A DNA stretch of 64,000 bases from Burkholderiales bacterium (GCA_036555615.1 DATBKZ010000034.1:84246-148245), one strand, 5' to 3'; positions 1 through 9,333 are shown, counted from the stretch's first letter. The notes: generated by a model not told the origin, from the sequence alone. Translations and numbers: made by a program.

Positions 1-239
1 TCGTCAACCCGTTCGACATCGAGGGCGTTGCGGACGCGATCCACCGTGCCTACCACATGGATGCGGGCGAGCGCCAGGCGCGCATGCGCAGGATGCGTCG
101 CTCGATCCGGGAAAATGACGTATTCTGGTGGGTGGACTCGTTTCTGCGCGCCGCCATTGCACGCGATCTCAAGGCGTTTCCGCAGCCGGAGCATGTCGTC
201 GCCGACGAGATGATGGACTACACGCCGCTGGTCCTGTGA
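1..239 (+). CDS. C-terminal fragment of a GT20 trehalose-6-phosphate-synthase-like glycosyltransferase (OtsA/GgpS type); 5' end lies outside the window
   Basis: Frame 3 is open from the window edge to TGA 237-239. VNPFDIEGVADAIHRAYHMDAGERQARMRRMRRSIRENDVFWWVDSFL resembles the OtsA C-terminal region as I remember it. 79 aa cannot separate trehalose-P from glucosylglycerol-P synthase. Confidence 0.55.
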   Translation, partial: VNPFDIEGVADAIHRAYHMDAGERQARMRRMRRSIRENDVFWWVDSFLRAAIARDLKAFPQPEHVVADEMMDYTPLVL

Positions 240-270
240 CAGCGGAGCGACACCCGGGGCGTTCCGCGCG

Positions 271-1470
271 ATGACCACCTTCCTGCCGCAATACCCGTTT
301 CCGCCCAATCCGGTACTGCTGTTCGGCCTGCTGCTGCTCGCCGGGGTGGCCGGCGGCGAGCTCGTCAAGCGCGCGCTGAGGCTGCCTCGCATCGTCGGCT
401 ACGTGCTGATCGGCCTGCTGCTCGGCGCGAGCGGGTTCAACCTGCTCGATCCAGGGCTCGTCGGGGAGTCGTGGATCTTCGTCGAGATCGCGCTCGGCCT
501 AGTGCTGTTCGAACTCGGGCGCAGGCTCCATTTCAAGTGGCTGCGCAACGATCCCTGGCTGCTCGCGACGGGGCTCCTCGAAAGCGCGCTCGCGTTCGGC
601 TTCCTCTACCTGACGCTCGCCTATTTCGGCGTCCAGCCGATCTACGCGGCGGTCGCGGCGGCAATCGGGGTCTCGACATCGCCGGCGGTGGTGCTGCTCG
701 TGGCGCAGGAGCTGAAAGCGGAAGGGCAGGTGACCGAGCGCGCGCTGAATCTCACGGCGCTGAACAGCGTGGTCGCGTTCGTGCTGACGACGATGCTGCT
801 GTCGTGGATCCACCACGAATACCGGGCGGGCTGGACGACGGTCGCCCTGCACCCTGTGTACCTCCTCGGCGGCTCGCTCGCGCTCGGCTTCGCAGCGAGC
901 GTCGTGGCCATCGCCCTCTCGCGCTGGCTGGGGCAGCGCGCCGAGCGCCAGTTCGCGTTGCTGCTCGCGTTGATCGTGCTCACCATCGGCGCAGCCCGCA
1001 TGCTGGAGCTCTCGGTGCTGCTCGCGCTGCTCGCCCTGGGGGTATTCTCGCGCAACCTCGATACGCGCCACGACGTCATGACGGTGGACCTCTCCGGCAT
1101 CGGCCAGATCTTCTACGTGGTGCTGTTCGTCGTCAGCGGCGCGAGGCTCCCGCTCGTGGAGCTGATGCTGGGCGGCGGGCTCGCGGTCGCGTACGTGACG
1201 GCGCGCTTCGCCGGCAAGCTGATCGGCGTCATGAGCCTGAGCCATCTGAGCGGGGTGCGGCCGGGCGCCGCGCTGATGCTCGGAGTCGCGCTCATGCCAA
1301 TGTCGGGGCTGGCGCTTGCGATCGTGCATGGCACGACAGATCTTTACCCCGAATTCGGCGCCAGGCTCGCCGCGATCGTGCTCTCGGCAGTGTTGATCCT
1401 CGAGCTGATCGGCCCGGTGGCGGTGCAATTCGCGCTCAAGCGCGCCGGCGAGGCGAGGGACGCAGCGTGA
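271..1470 (+). CDS. CPA2-family cation:proton antiporter, membrane domain only (no RCK/TrkA domain)
   Basis: 399-aa polytopic hydrophobic ORF with ATG at 271. Its N-terminus (GGELVKRALRLPRIVGYVLIGLLLG) is typical of Kef/NapA-type Na_H_exchanger proteins. Confidence 0.8.
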   Translation: MTTFLPQYPFPPNPVLLFGLLLLAGVAGGELVKRALRLPRIVGYVLIGLLLGASGFNLLDPGLVGESWIFVEIALGLVLFELGRRLHFKWLRNDPWLLATGLLESALAFGFLYLTLAYFGVQPIYAAVAAAIGVSTSPAVVLLVAQELKAEGQVTERALNLTALNSVVAFVLTTMLLSWIHHEYRAGWTTVALHPVYLLGGSLALGFAASVVAIALSRWLGQRAERQFALLLALIVLTIGAARMLELSVLLALLALGVFSRNLDTRHDVMTVDLSGIGQIFYVVLFVVSGARLPLVELMLGGGLAVAYVTARFAGKLIGVMSLSHLSGVRPGAALMLGVALMPMSGLALAIVHGTTDLYPEFGARLAAIVLSAVLILELIGPVAVQFALKRAGEARDAA

Positions 1471-1475
1471 GTAAT

Positions 1476-2645
1476 ATGAGTGCCATGAGCGGCAACGAGC
1501 AGGCCTTCACGCCCTCCAAGGGGCTCACGGTCGGGGTCGAGGTCGAGCTGCAGATCCTCAACTCGCGCGACTACGATCTCGCGCGCGACGCCGCGGACTT
1601 GATCGGGCTGCTCGAGAAGACGCCCCATCCCGGCGCGGTCAAGCCGGAGATCACCGAAAGCATGGTGGAGCTGAACAGCTCGATCCACGCGGGCCATGAC
1701 ACCCTGCTCGCAGAGCTCAAGGCGATCCGCGACACCGTGGTGCAGGCGGCGAGCCGGTTGAACGTGCGCATCGCCGGCGGCGGCTCGCACCCCTTCCACA
1801 TGTGGGCCGACCGTCGCATCTATCCCACGGAGCGCTTCCGGCACCTGCTCGCGCTCTACGGCTACCTCGCGAAGCAGTTCACGATCTTCGGGCAGCACGT
1901 GCATGTGGGCTGCCCCGACGGAGATGTCGCGATCTATCTCACCCATATCCTGTCGCGCTATGTGCCGCACTTCATCGCGCTCTCGGCGTCCTCGCCCTAC
2001 CAGCAGGGCGAGGACACCTCCTACGCCTCCTCGCGCCTGAATACGGTGACCGCGTTTCCGCTCTCGGGGCAGGTCCCGTTCGTGCACTCGTGGAAGGAGT
2101 TCCTCGAGTACTTCGAGAAGATGCGCGGCTACGGCATCGTCGAGAGCATGAAGGACTTCTACTGGGACATCCGCCCGAAGCCGGAGTACGGCACCGTCGA
2201 GATCCGCGTTTTCGATACGCCGCTCACCGTCGAGCATTCGGCCGCGCTCGCGGCTTATACGCAGTCTCTCGCCCGCTACATCCTGACCGACCGGCCGTTT
2301 GCGCCGCTGCGCGACGTCTATACGCTGTACAACTACAATCGCTTCCAGGCCTGCCGCTACGGTCTGGATGGCAAGATCGTCAATGCCTACACGCAACGCC
2401 ACGTGAGGCTCAAGGAGGACATCCTGGAGACCCTGGCTGTCATCGCCCCGCATGCCGCGGCGCTCGGCAACGGGCTCGCGCTGGCGAAGCTCGCGGCCGA
2501 TGTCGAGGCCGGGCGCTCCGGCGCCAACCGCTTGCGCGAGATCTTCCGCGAGCGGGGATCGCTCAACGACGTCGCCCGGGTGCAGAGCGACATGTGGATG
2601 GGCGCCACCGAGCCCGCCCGGGCAAAGGAGGCATCCAGACCGTGA
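1476..2645 (+). CDS. ybdK: Carboxylate-amine ligase, glutamate-cysteine ligase family 2 (YbdK type)
   Basis: LTVGVEVELQIL...KPEITESMVELNS...FGQHVHVG...DIRPKPEYGTVEIRVFD are GCS2 hallmarks. ATG 1476 was chosen; GTG 1467 would overlap the upstream stop as GTGA. The 471 start in the ORF track is an out-of-frame overlap with the antiporter. Confidence 0.85.
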   Translation: MSAMSGNEQAFTPSKGLTVGVEVELQILNSRDYDLARDAADLIGLLEKTPHPGAVKPEITESMVELNSSIHAGHDTLLAELKAIRDTVVQAASRLNVRIAGGGSHPFHMWADRRIYPTERFRHLLALYGYLAKQFTIFGQHVHVGCPDGDVAIYLTHILSRYVPHFIALSASSPYQQGEDTSYASSRLNTVTAFPLSGQVPFVHSWKEFLEYFEKMRGYGIVESMKDFYWDIRPKPEYGTVEIRVFDTPLTVEHSAALAAYTQSLARYILTDRPFAPLRDVYTLYNYNRFQACRYGLDGKIVNAYTQRHVRLKEDILETLAVIAPHAAALGNGLALAKLAADVEAGRSGANRLREIFRERGSLNDVARVQSDMWMGATEPARAKEASRP

Positions 2646-3466
2646 GCCGGAGGCCGCTCAAGATCGGGATCTCGGCGCGCATCCTCCACCGTGTGCCGCG
2701 CGAGTTGGGGTTCCAGGGCAAGACGCTGCAGTATCTCGAGCAGACGGTCGCGCACTGGCTGATGACAGCCGGGGCGCTCGTCTTCATGATCCCCGCGATC
2801 GCAGGCAATGGCCTGCTGCGGCGCGGCAACATCCGCGTCGCGGACTATGCCGCGGAGCTCGACGGCCTCGTGCTGCAGGGAGGCGCCGACGTCAGCCCGC
2901 ATACTTACGGCGAGGCGCCGATCAAGCCGGCGTGGGCGGGAGACCGCACGCGCGACCTCTACGAGATCGATCTCCTGCAGGAATTCGTCTCCCGCGGAAA
3001 GCCCGTGCTTGGAATCTGCCGCGGGTTGCAGATCATCAACGTGGCTTTCGGCGGCACGCTCTACCAGGACATCTCGTCCCAGCACCGCGGCAAGGGCGCG
3101 CATCTCGATCTCGAGGCCTACGACGCGCACCACCACGCCATCTCGATCGTTCCCGGCAGCGGGCTGGCCGCGGTCTATCCCGGCACCGGCGAGGCGCGCG
3201 TCAACAGCATCCACCACCAGGCGGTGAAGGTGCTCGGCCGCGATCTGGCGGTCGAAGCGCTGTCCGTTCCCGACCAGGTGATCGAGGCGCTGCGCTGGAA
3301 GGGGCCGAGCTACGTCCTCGGCGTGCAGTGGCACCCGGAGTTTCACGACGATGCGAAACCGGACCTGCTCGACGGCGAATCCCTGCTGCACGAGTATCTC
3401 GGCCAGGTGGAGAAGGCGCGCGAGCCGGACGCGCGCAAGTCCTCGAGCGAAGGCGTGACCGCCTGA
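2642..3466 (+). CDS. Class-I glutamine amidotransferase-like, peptidase C26 gamma-glutamyl hydrolase (PuuD-like)
   Basis: GICRGLQIINVAFGG (nucleophile Cys) and VQWHPE (His) motifs. GTG 2642 overlaps the ybdK stop (GTGA 2642-2645). Confidence 0.85.
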   Translation: MSRRPLKIGISARILHRVPRELGFQGKTLQYLEQTVAHWLMTAGALVFMIPAIAGNGLLRRGNIRVADYAAELDGLVLQGGADVSPHTYGEAPIKPAWAGDRTRDLYEIDLLQEFVSRGKPVLGICRGLQIINVAFGGTLYQDISSQHRGKGAHLDLEAYDAHHHAISIVPGSGLAAVYPGTGEARVNSIHHQAVKVLGRDLAVEALSVPDQVIEALRWKGPSYVLGVQWHPEFHDDAKPDLLDGESLLHEYLGQVEKAREPDARKSSSEGVTA

Positions 3467-3520
3467 CTCCGTGCCGTCGCGCTCGTGCCCGGGCACGGTC
3501 CCGACGGGTATCATAAGAGC

Positions 3521-4936
3521 ATGCGCCCGCTCCACCTGACCGGCGGCATGCTCGCCGCTCTCGCCGTGATCGTCTTCGCGGCGCTCACCGGCGCGCGCGC
3601 GGCGGAGAAGGCAGACGCTCCGGTCGTGCTCCTCAAGCTCGAAGGCGCCGTCAGCCCGGCGAGCGCCGATTACGTGGTGCGGGGCCTGCGCAAGGCCGCC
3701 GACCGCGGCGCGGTCGTCGTCGTGCTCCAGATGGACACGCCGGGCGGGCTCGACACCTCGATGCGCTGGATCATCAAGGAGATCCTCGCCTCGCCGGTTC
3801 CGGTCGCGACGTTTGTCGCGCCGAGCGGCGCGCGCGCGGCGAGCGCCGGCACGTTCATTCTCTACGCGAGCCACATTGCGGCGATGGCGCCTGCCACCAA
3901 TCTGGGCGCCGCGACGCCGGTGGCGATCGGCGGCGCGCCGCAGGGCGAACCCGATAAAGAGCGCAAGCCGAAAACCTCGAAGAAGCCGGACAAGGACGCC
4001 GCCGCCGACGAGCCCGACGCGAAGGGCGCCATGACGCGCAAGCAAATCAACGATGCAGCGGCTTACATCCGCAGCCTCGCGCAGTTGCGGGGGCGCAACG
4101 CCGACTGGGCCGAGCAGGCGGTGCGCGAGGCGGTGAGCCTGCCGGCGGAGGAGGCAAGGAAGCGCAAGGTGGTCGATCTGGTCGCGGCCGACGTGAGCGA
4201 TCTCCTGAAGCAGCTGCACGGCAGGAAGCTCACCGTTCAGGGCGTGGAGCGAACGCTGGAGACCCGTGGCGCCGCGGTGACTTCGCTCGAGCCCGACTGG
4301 CGGAGCCGCCTGCTCGTGGTGATCACGGACCCGAGCATCGCATTGATCCTGATGATGATCGGAATCTACGGCCTCATCTTCGAGTTCTCCAATCCCGGCT
4401 ACGTGCTGCCCGGCGTCGCGGGCGCGATCTGCCTGCTGCTCGCGCTCTATGCCTTCCAGCTGCTGCCGGTGAATTACGCGGGGCTGGGGTTGATCCTGCT
4501 CGGGCTCGCCTTCATCGTCGCCGAAGCGTTCCTGCCGAGCTTCGGCGCGCTCGGCATCGGCGGCGTGGTGGCGCTGGTATTCGGCTCGGTGATCCTGTTC
4601 GATCCCGAAGTCGCGGCCGGCTATACGCTGCCGTTGCCCTTCATCGTGATGCTCTCGGCGACGAGCGCCACGGTCGTGTTCATCACCGTATGGTACGCGT
4701 TGAAGGCGCGGCGCCGCCCGGTGGTGAGCGGAGCCGAGGAAATCGTCGGGGCTCGCGGCACGGCGCTGGCGGATATCGAGCGCGAGGGCTGGGCGCAGGT
4801 GCACGGCGAGAACTGGCGCGTCGTGACCGCGCGGCCGCTGGCCCGCGGGCAGAAGGTGAGGGTGACCGGCATAGACGGCCTCACGTTGCAGGTCGAGCCT
4901 GCGGAGGGCGAGCAACGGGCAACCGGCAGCCGGTAG
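3521..4936 (+). CDS. NfeD-family membrane-bound ClpP-class serine protease (long form with C-terminal OB domain)
   Basis: Signal/TM segment, then LKLEGAVSPASADYVVRGL...MDTPGGL...PSGARAASAGTFI, central TM segments and a C-terminal VHGENWRV OB-like tail. It sits directly upstream of an SPFH gene. ATG 3521 was preferred over GTG 3485. Confidence 0.85.
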   Translation: MRPLHLTGGMLAALAVIVFAALTGARAAEKADAPVVLLKLEGAVSPASADYVVRGLRKAADRGAVVVVLQMDTPGGLDTSMRWIIKEILASPVPVATFVAPSGARAASAGTFILYASHIAAMAPATNLGAATPVAIGGAPQGEPDKERKPKTSKKPDKDAAADEPDAKGAMTRKQINDAAAYIRSLAQLRGRNADWAEQAVREAVSLPAEEARKRKVVDLVAADVSDLLKQLHGRKLTVQGVERTLETRGAAVTSLEPDWRSRLLVVITDPSIALILMMIGIYGLIFEFSNPGYVLPGVAGAICLLLALYAFQLLPVNYAGLGLILLGLAFIVAEAFLPSFGALGIGGVVALVFGSVILFDPEVAAGYTLPLPFIVMLSATSATVVFITVWYALKARRRPVVSGAEEIVGARGTALADIEREGWAQVHGENWRVVTARPLARGQKVRVTGIDGLTLQVEPAEGEQRATGSR

Positions 4937-5009
4937 CGGACAACGCGAAACGACAAGCGAGTAGCGAGCAACGGGCAACGAGTCACTCATTCCGTAAGAA
5001 AGGCAGGCC

Positions 5010-5783
5010 ATGTTCATCGAGCAAATCGGCGCGGGCGGCATTGTCCTACTGATCGTCATTCTCATCGCGGCATCGCTGCGGATCCTGCGCGAGTACGAGC
5101 GGGGCGTCGTATTCCTGCTCGGCCGCTTCTGGAGGGTGAAGGGGCCGGGACTCATCGTCGTCGTGCCCGGCATCCAGCAGATGGTGCGGGTCGACTTGCG
5201 CACGGTCGTGATGGACGTGCCGAGCCAAGACGTGATCTCGCGCGACAACGTCTCGGTCAAGGTGAACGCCGTGATCTACTTCCGGGTGATCGACGCACAG
5301 AAGGCGATCATCCAGGTGGCGAACTTCCTCGAGGCGACGAGCCAGCTCGCGCAGACCACACTGCGCGCGGTGCTCGGCAAGCACGAGCTCGACGAGATGC
5401 TCGCCGAGCGCGAGAAGCTGAACCTCGACATCCAGCAGAGCCTGGACGCCCAGACCGACGCCTGGGGCATCAAGGTCTCCAACGTCGAGATCAAGCACGT
5501 GGACCTCGATCCCTCCATGGTGCGGGCGATCGCGCAGCAGGCGGAAGCCGAGCGCGCGCGGCGCGCCAAGGTGATCCACGCCGACGGCGAGTTGCAGGCT
5601 TCCGAGAAGCTGCTGCAGGCGGCGCAGATGCTGGCACAGCAGCCGCAGGCCATGCAGCTGCGCTACCTGCAGACCCTTGGCGCCATCGCCGGCGACAAGA
5701 GCTCGACGATCGTCTTCCCCGTGCCGATGGACCTGCTCGCGCCGTTTCTCGAGCTGATGGACAAGCGCCGCGCCGGCGCATGA
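5010..5783 (+). CDS. SPFH/band-7 stomatin-like protein
   Basis: 257 aa with an N-terminal TM, then [14 protein letters not shown]...VDLRT...ISRDNV...LRAVLG...[12 protein letters not shown], a typical prokaryotic stomatin. This is the canonical NfeD-stomatin pair. Confidence 0.9.
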   Translation: MFIEQIGAGGIVLLIVILIAASLRILREYERGVVFLLGRFWRVKGPGLIVVVPGIQQMVRVDLRTVVMDVPSQDVISRDNVSVKVNAVIYFRVIDAQKAIIQVANFLEATSQLAQTTLRAVLGKHELDEMLAEREKLNLDIQQSLDAQTDAWGIKVSNVEIKHVDLDPSMVRAIAQQAEAERARRAKVIHADGELQASEKLLQAAQMLAQQPQAMQLRYLQTLGAIAGDKSSTIVFPVPMDLLAPFLELMDKRRAGA

Positions 5784-5835
5784 CGGCGGTGCGCCGCGCG
5801 CCGGCTGCGCGGCCAGTAGCTCGGGCGATCGGCCC

Positions 5836-6792
5836 GTGTCCGACATGATCCTTGCCCTGGCGATGATCGCGGGCGGCTTGCTCGCGCTCTATGGCGGCGC
5901 CCACGCGCTGATCCAGGGCGCCTCGGCGCTCGCGCGGCGCTGGGGCATGAGCCCGCTCGTGGTGGGTCTCACGGTCGTCGCCGGCGGCACCAGCTCGCCG
6001 GAGCTCTTTGTCGTCACGAGCGCGGCGCTGGAGGGGCGCGACGGGATCTCGCTGGGCAATATTCTGGGCGCGAACAGCCTCAATATCGGCTTGATACTCG
6101 GGCTGACAGCGCTGGTACGACCGCTGCACGCGCAGCTGCAGCTGATCCGCTTCGATGTGCCGATCATGATCCTCGCGACGCTGGTGGTAGCCGCCTTCCT
6201 GGCGGATGGCGATCTGGGCCGCGTGAAGGGGGCGGTCCTGATAGCGGCGCTCGCCGGCTACCTCGCCTTCACGGTTGTCATGGCGCGCCGCGAGCGCAGT
6301 GAACGCGTGCGGGAGGAATTCGCAGCGCAGATTCCGGGTCCGCGAGCGAGCCTCGCCGGCGACCTCGGAATGATCGTGCTTGGGCTGGCGGCCCTCGCGC
6401 TCGGCGCGCAGGGCCTGATCTCAGGGGCGGTGGCGGTTGCCGGTGCGATGGGCGTGCGCGACAGCGTGATCGGCATTACTGTGGTTGCCGCGGGAACCAC
6501 CATGCCGGAGCTCGTCACGTGCCTGGTCGCGGCGCTCAAGCGCGAAGCCGACATCGCTATCGGCAACATCGTGGGCTCCAACATCTTCAACCTGCTCGGC
6601 GTGCTCGGGCTTGCCGGCGTGCTCGCTCCGATCAGCGCGGCCGGCGTGATGCCCGCGGAGGTCTGGGGCGCCGTGGTGCTCGCCGCGCTGAGCCTGCCCG
6701 TCATGTGGCGCGGGATGATCGTGAACCGCGCGGAAGGCGCGCTGCTCGCTGCGGCCTATCTTGTCTATCTGGCGATTATCTGGTGCGGGTGA
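5836..6792 (+). CDS. CaCA-family sodium/calcium exchanger (YrbG type)
   Basis: Two alpha-repeat motifs (GTSSPELFV and GTTMPELVT) in a 10-TM, 318-aa protein. GTG 5836 or ATG 5845 could be the start. Confidence 0.85.
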   Translation: MSDMILALAMIAGGLLALYGGAHALIQGASALARRWGMSPLVVGLTVVAGGTSSPELFVVTSAALEGRDGISLGNILGANSLNIGLILGLTALVRPLHAQLQLIRFDVPIMILATLVVAAFLADGDLGRVKGAVLIAALAGYLAFTVVMARRERSERVREEFAAQIPGPRASLAGDLGMIVLGLAALALGAQGLISGAVAVAGAMGVRDSVIGITVVAAGTTMPELVTCLVAALKREADIAIGNIVGSNIFNLLGVLGLAGVLAPISAAGVMPAEVWGAVVLAALSLPVMWRGMIVNRAEGALLAAAYLVYLAIIWCG

Positions 6793-6816
6793 TCGGAGGC
6801 CGCTCCGCGATATCGC

Positions 6817-6845
6817 TTGTTTCGACAAATCCCCGTCATTAGAAT
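6817..6845 (+). promoter_or_regulatory. Candidate sigma-70 promoter for the mrp-like cluster (TTGTTT-N17-TAGAAT)
   Basis: Hexamers at 6817-6822 and 6840-6845 in the 128-bp gap before mrpE. Sequence match only. Confidence 0.3.
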
Positions 6846-6920
6846 GCAGGGAGCGCCGGGGCCGCCGCGACAACGAGAATCCGCCCGGCGCAGCACTTGC
6901 CTGTTCCACGGTCGGAGGCG

Positions 6921-7406
6921 ATGAAAAACACGGCATACGCGTTGAGCTCGGCGGTTGTCCTGTTTGTCTTCTGGCTGCTGCTGTCCGGTTATTTCACGGT
7001 TTTTCTGGTCACGATGGGCGCGCTCTCCGCCGTCGCCATCGTGGCTCTCGGCCGCCGCATGGAGGTGATCGACCGCGAAGGCCATCCCATCGACATGGGC
7101 TGGCGCGTGCTCACCTACTGGCCGTGGCTCGTGAAGGAGATCGCCAAGAGCGCCTGGGACGTCGCGTGCATCATTGTCGATCCGCGGCTCCCCATCAGCC
7201 CGCGCCTCGTCCGGGCAAAGACCACGCAGAAGACCGCCGTCGGCGTGGTGACCTACGCGAACTCCATCACCCTCACGCCCGGGACGATCTCCGTTGACGT
7301 GCGGGAAGGCGAGATCCTCGTGCACGCGCTGACGCGCGAGAGCGCGGCCGGGGTGCTCGAGGGCGAGATGGACCGGCGCGTGACGCGCTTCGAGGGGCGG
7401 TCGTGA
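6921..7406 (+). CDS. mrpE: Mrp/Mnh/Pha antiporter subunit E (MbhA-like)
   Basis: ATG 6921 is preceded by GGAGG (6914-6918). LLSGYFT...VKEIAKSAWDVACIIV...ANSITLTPGTISVDV is the MnhE signature. Confidence 0.8.
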   Translation: MKNTAYALSSAVVLFVFWLLLSGYFTVFLVTMGALSAVAIVALGRRMEVIDREGHPIDMGWRVLTYWPWLVKEIAKSAWDVACIIVDPRLPISPRLVRAKTTQKTAVGVVTYANSITLTPGTISVDVREGEILVHALTRESAAGVLEGEMDRRVTRFEGRS

Positions 7407-7684
7407 TGTTCGAAGCTGCTGCGGCGGCGCTTCTCGTCACGCTCGCGCTGGCGCTCGCGCGCGCCGCCCTCGGCCCGACCGTGTTCGACCGCGCGCAAGC
7501 CGTCAATACGGTGGGCACCGTTGCGGTCCTGCTGCTCGCGGTCATTGGATTTCTCGGGGGGCGGCCCGAGTTCCTCGACCTCGCGATCGTCTACGGCTTT
7601 CTCAACCTGGTCGGCACGGTCGCGGTGCTCAAGTACTTCCGGTATGGGGGCCTCGGCGAGCCCGGCGAGGAGGAACCGAAGTGA
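7403..7684 (+). CDS. mrpF: Mrp antiporter subunit F (MbhB-like)
   Basis: 93-aa, 3-TM protein. Its GTG/ATG start overlaps the mrpE stop (GTGATG 7403-7408). LGPTVFDR...AVNTVGT is typical of MnhF. Confidence 0.8.
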   Translation: MMFEAAAAALLVTLALALARAALGPTVFDRAQAVNTVGTVAVLLLAVIGFLGGRPEFLDLAIVYGFLNLVGTVAVLKYFRYGGLGEPGEEEPK

Positions 7685-8013
7685 GCCTCGCGGTGGATAT
7701 CGCGAGCTGGCTGCTGCTCGCGACGGGCGGCATCTTTTGTGTGATCGGGGGCGTCGGCCTCATCCGCATGCCCGACTTCTACACCCGCGTGCATGCGGCA
7801 AGCGTCACCGACACGCTGGGCGCGGGGCTGATACTCATCGGGCTCATGCTGCAGGCGGGGCTTACCCTGGTGTGCGTCAAGCTCGTCATGATCGGTCTTC
7901 TGATTTTCTTCACCAGCCCGACCGCCACCCACGCGCTGACGCGCGCGGCGCTCACGCGCGGGCTCGAGCCGGTCCTGGCCGAGGAAGGGGAACTGCCATC
8001 GAAGCGATCCTGA
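7681..8013 (+). CDS. mrpG: Mrp antiporter subunit G (MbhC-like)
   Basis: GTG 7681 overlaps the mrpF stop. GGVGLIRMPDFYTRVHAASVTDTLG is the MnhG/PhaG motif. Confidence 0.85.
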   Translation: MSLAVDIASWLLLATGGIFCVIGGVGLIRMPDFYTRVHAASVTDTLGAGLILIGLMLQAGLTLVCVKLVMIGLLIFFTSPTATHALTRAALTRGLEPVLAEEGELPSKRS

Positions 8014-8543
8014 TCGCTGCGCTGCTCACGATGATGGCCGCCGCCGCGGTCGTGATCGTGGTGCAGCGCAATCTCTTCGCGGTGGTGATTCTAGCCGGCG
8101 CCTACAGCTTTCTGATGGCGATGGTGCTGGTTGCGCTCGATGCCCCGGATGTCGCGATGACCGAAGCCTCCGTGGGGGCGGGCATCTCGACCGTGCTGCT
8201 GCTCGGGGCGCTACACCTCGCGCAAGGCGTGGAAATGAAGCCGCTACGCCGCCCGTATCTTCCGCTCGCGGTGGCGGTGGCGACGGGGCTGGTGCTCGCA
8301 TACGGGACGCTCGGGCTGCCCGCCTACTACGATCCCCAGGCGCCGATACACACTCACGTCGTGCCGCGCTACCTACAGCAGGGAGCCGAGGAGACGGGCG
8401 TGCCCAACATCGTGACGGCGGTGCTGGCGAGCTACCGCGGTTATGACACGCTCGGCGAGACTGCCGTGGTGTTCACCGCGGGGGTGGGCGTGGTGGCGCT
8501 GCTCAGGCGGCTGCGCCGCCGCCGCGACGAGGAGGCACGGTGA
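8010..8543 (+). CDS. DUF4040/MbhD-E-like subunit fused to the N-terminal part of MrpB
   Basis: LDAPDVAMTEASVGAGIST (DUF4040) followed by NIVTAVLASYRGYDTLGETAVVF (MnhB motif). There is no ATG/GTG/TTG upstream of ATG 8031. CTG 8010 overlaps the mrpG stop as CTGA, like the NTGA junctions elsewhere in the cluster. The start is uncertain (8010 or 8031). Confidence 0.65.
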   Translation: MIAALLTMMAAAAVVIVVQRNLFAVVILAGAYSFLMAMVLVALDAPDVAMTEASVGAGISTVLLLGALHLAQGVEMKPLRRPYLPLAVAVATGLVLAYGTLGLPAYYDPQAPIHTHVVPRYLQQGAEETGVPNIVTAVLASYRGYDTLGETAVVFTAGVGVVALLRRLRRRRDEEAR

Positions 8544-8974
8544 GGGATTACCTGGTCCTGCGCGTCGTGGCGAAGATCCTGATCGCCTTCATGGTGTTGT
8601 TCGCGCTTTACGTCCAGTTTCACGGTGACTTCGGGCCGGGCGGAGGATTCCAGGCGGGCGTCATCTCGGCCGCGGGCATTATCTTCTACGGGATCATTTA
8701 TGGCCTGCCCGCGGCGCGCGCGGTCGTTCCCGAGTGGCTCGTGGAGACGATGCTCGCCGCAGGAGTGTTGCTCTACGCTCTGGTCGGCGTTGCCGGCATC
8801 ATCCTCGGCGGCAACTACCTCGACTACTTCGTGCTCGGGGCCGACCCGGTTGCGGGCCAGCATCGGGGCATCTTCTGGGTCGAGCTGGGAGTGCTGATCA
8901 CGGTGGCGGGCGTCATGCTCAAGATCTTTTACCTGTTCGCAGGGCGCGCGGGCGGGGAGGAGCCTCCCGCGTGA
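8540..8974 (+). CDS. mrpB: Mrp antiporter subunit B core (MbhF-like)
   Basis: GTG 8540 overlaps the upstream stop. The HGDFGPGGGFQAGVI motif is typical of the MnhB domain. Confidence 0.8.
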   Translation: MRDYLVLRVVAKILIAFMVLFALYVQFHGDFGPGGGFQAGVISAAGIIFYGIIYGLPAARAVVPEWLVETMLAAGVLLYALVGVAGIILGGNYLDYFVLGADPVAGQHRGIFWVELGVLITVAGVMLKIFYLFAGRAGGEEPPA

Positions 8975-9333
8975 CCCTCGTGACCTTTCTCAACCATTAC
9001 GGGTACTGGGCGACGATCTTCCTCGCGGTCACGGGCCTCTACATCGTGATCGCGCGCGGGAACCTCGTAAAGAAGCTCGTCGGGCTTTCCATCTTCCAGA
9101 CGTCGGTCTACCTGCTGTATATCGCGCCGGGCAAGCTGATCGGGGGCACCGCGCCGATCGTTGCGCCCGGCTTCCAGGTCTATTCCAATCCGCTCCCCCA
9201 TGTCCTGATTCTCACCGCCATCGTCGTCGGAATTGCGACGCTGGCGCTCGGGCTCGCGCTGGTGGTGCGCATCCGGGAAGCGTACGGCAGCATCGAGGAG
9301 GACGAGATCCTCGCCGCGGAGCGGAAAGACTGA
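8971..9333 (+). CDS. mrpC: Mrp antiporter subunit C (NuoK/MbhG-like)
   Basis: GTG 8971 overlaps the upstream stop. 120-aa, 3-TM protein with GLSIFQTSVYLLYI...NPLPHVLILTAIVVG. Confidence 0.85.
   Translation: MTLVTFLNHYGYWATIFLAVTGLYIVIARGNLVKKLVGLSIFQTSVYLLYIAPGKLIGGTAPIVAPGFQVYSNPLPHVLILTAIVVGIATLALGLALVVRIREAYGSIEEDEILAAERKD

Noticed and set aside
471-1475. N-terminal 335-codon extension of the ybdK ORF given in the track
   Set aside because: It overlaps the CPA2 antiporter gene out of frame and translates to Arg/Ala/Gly-rich low-complexity sequence. YbdK homology starts at MSAMSGNEQ.
2387-5260. 957-aa minus-strand ORF spanning the amidotransferase, NfeD and stomatin genes
   Set aside because: It is antisense to three genes with clear family motifs. 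The product is Arg/Ala/Pro/Gly-rich and low-complexity, typical of spurious long ORFs in high-GC DNA.
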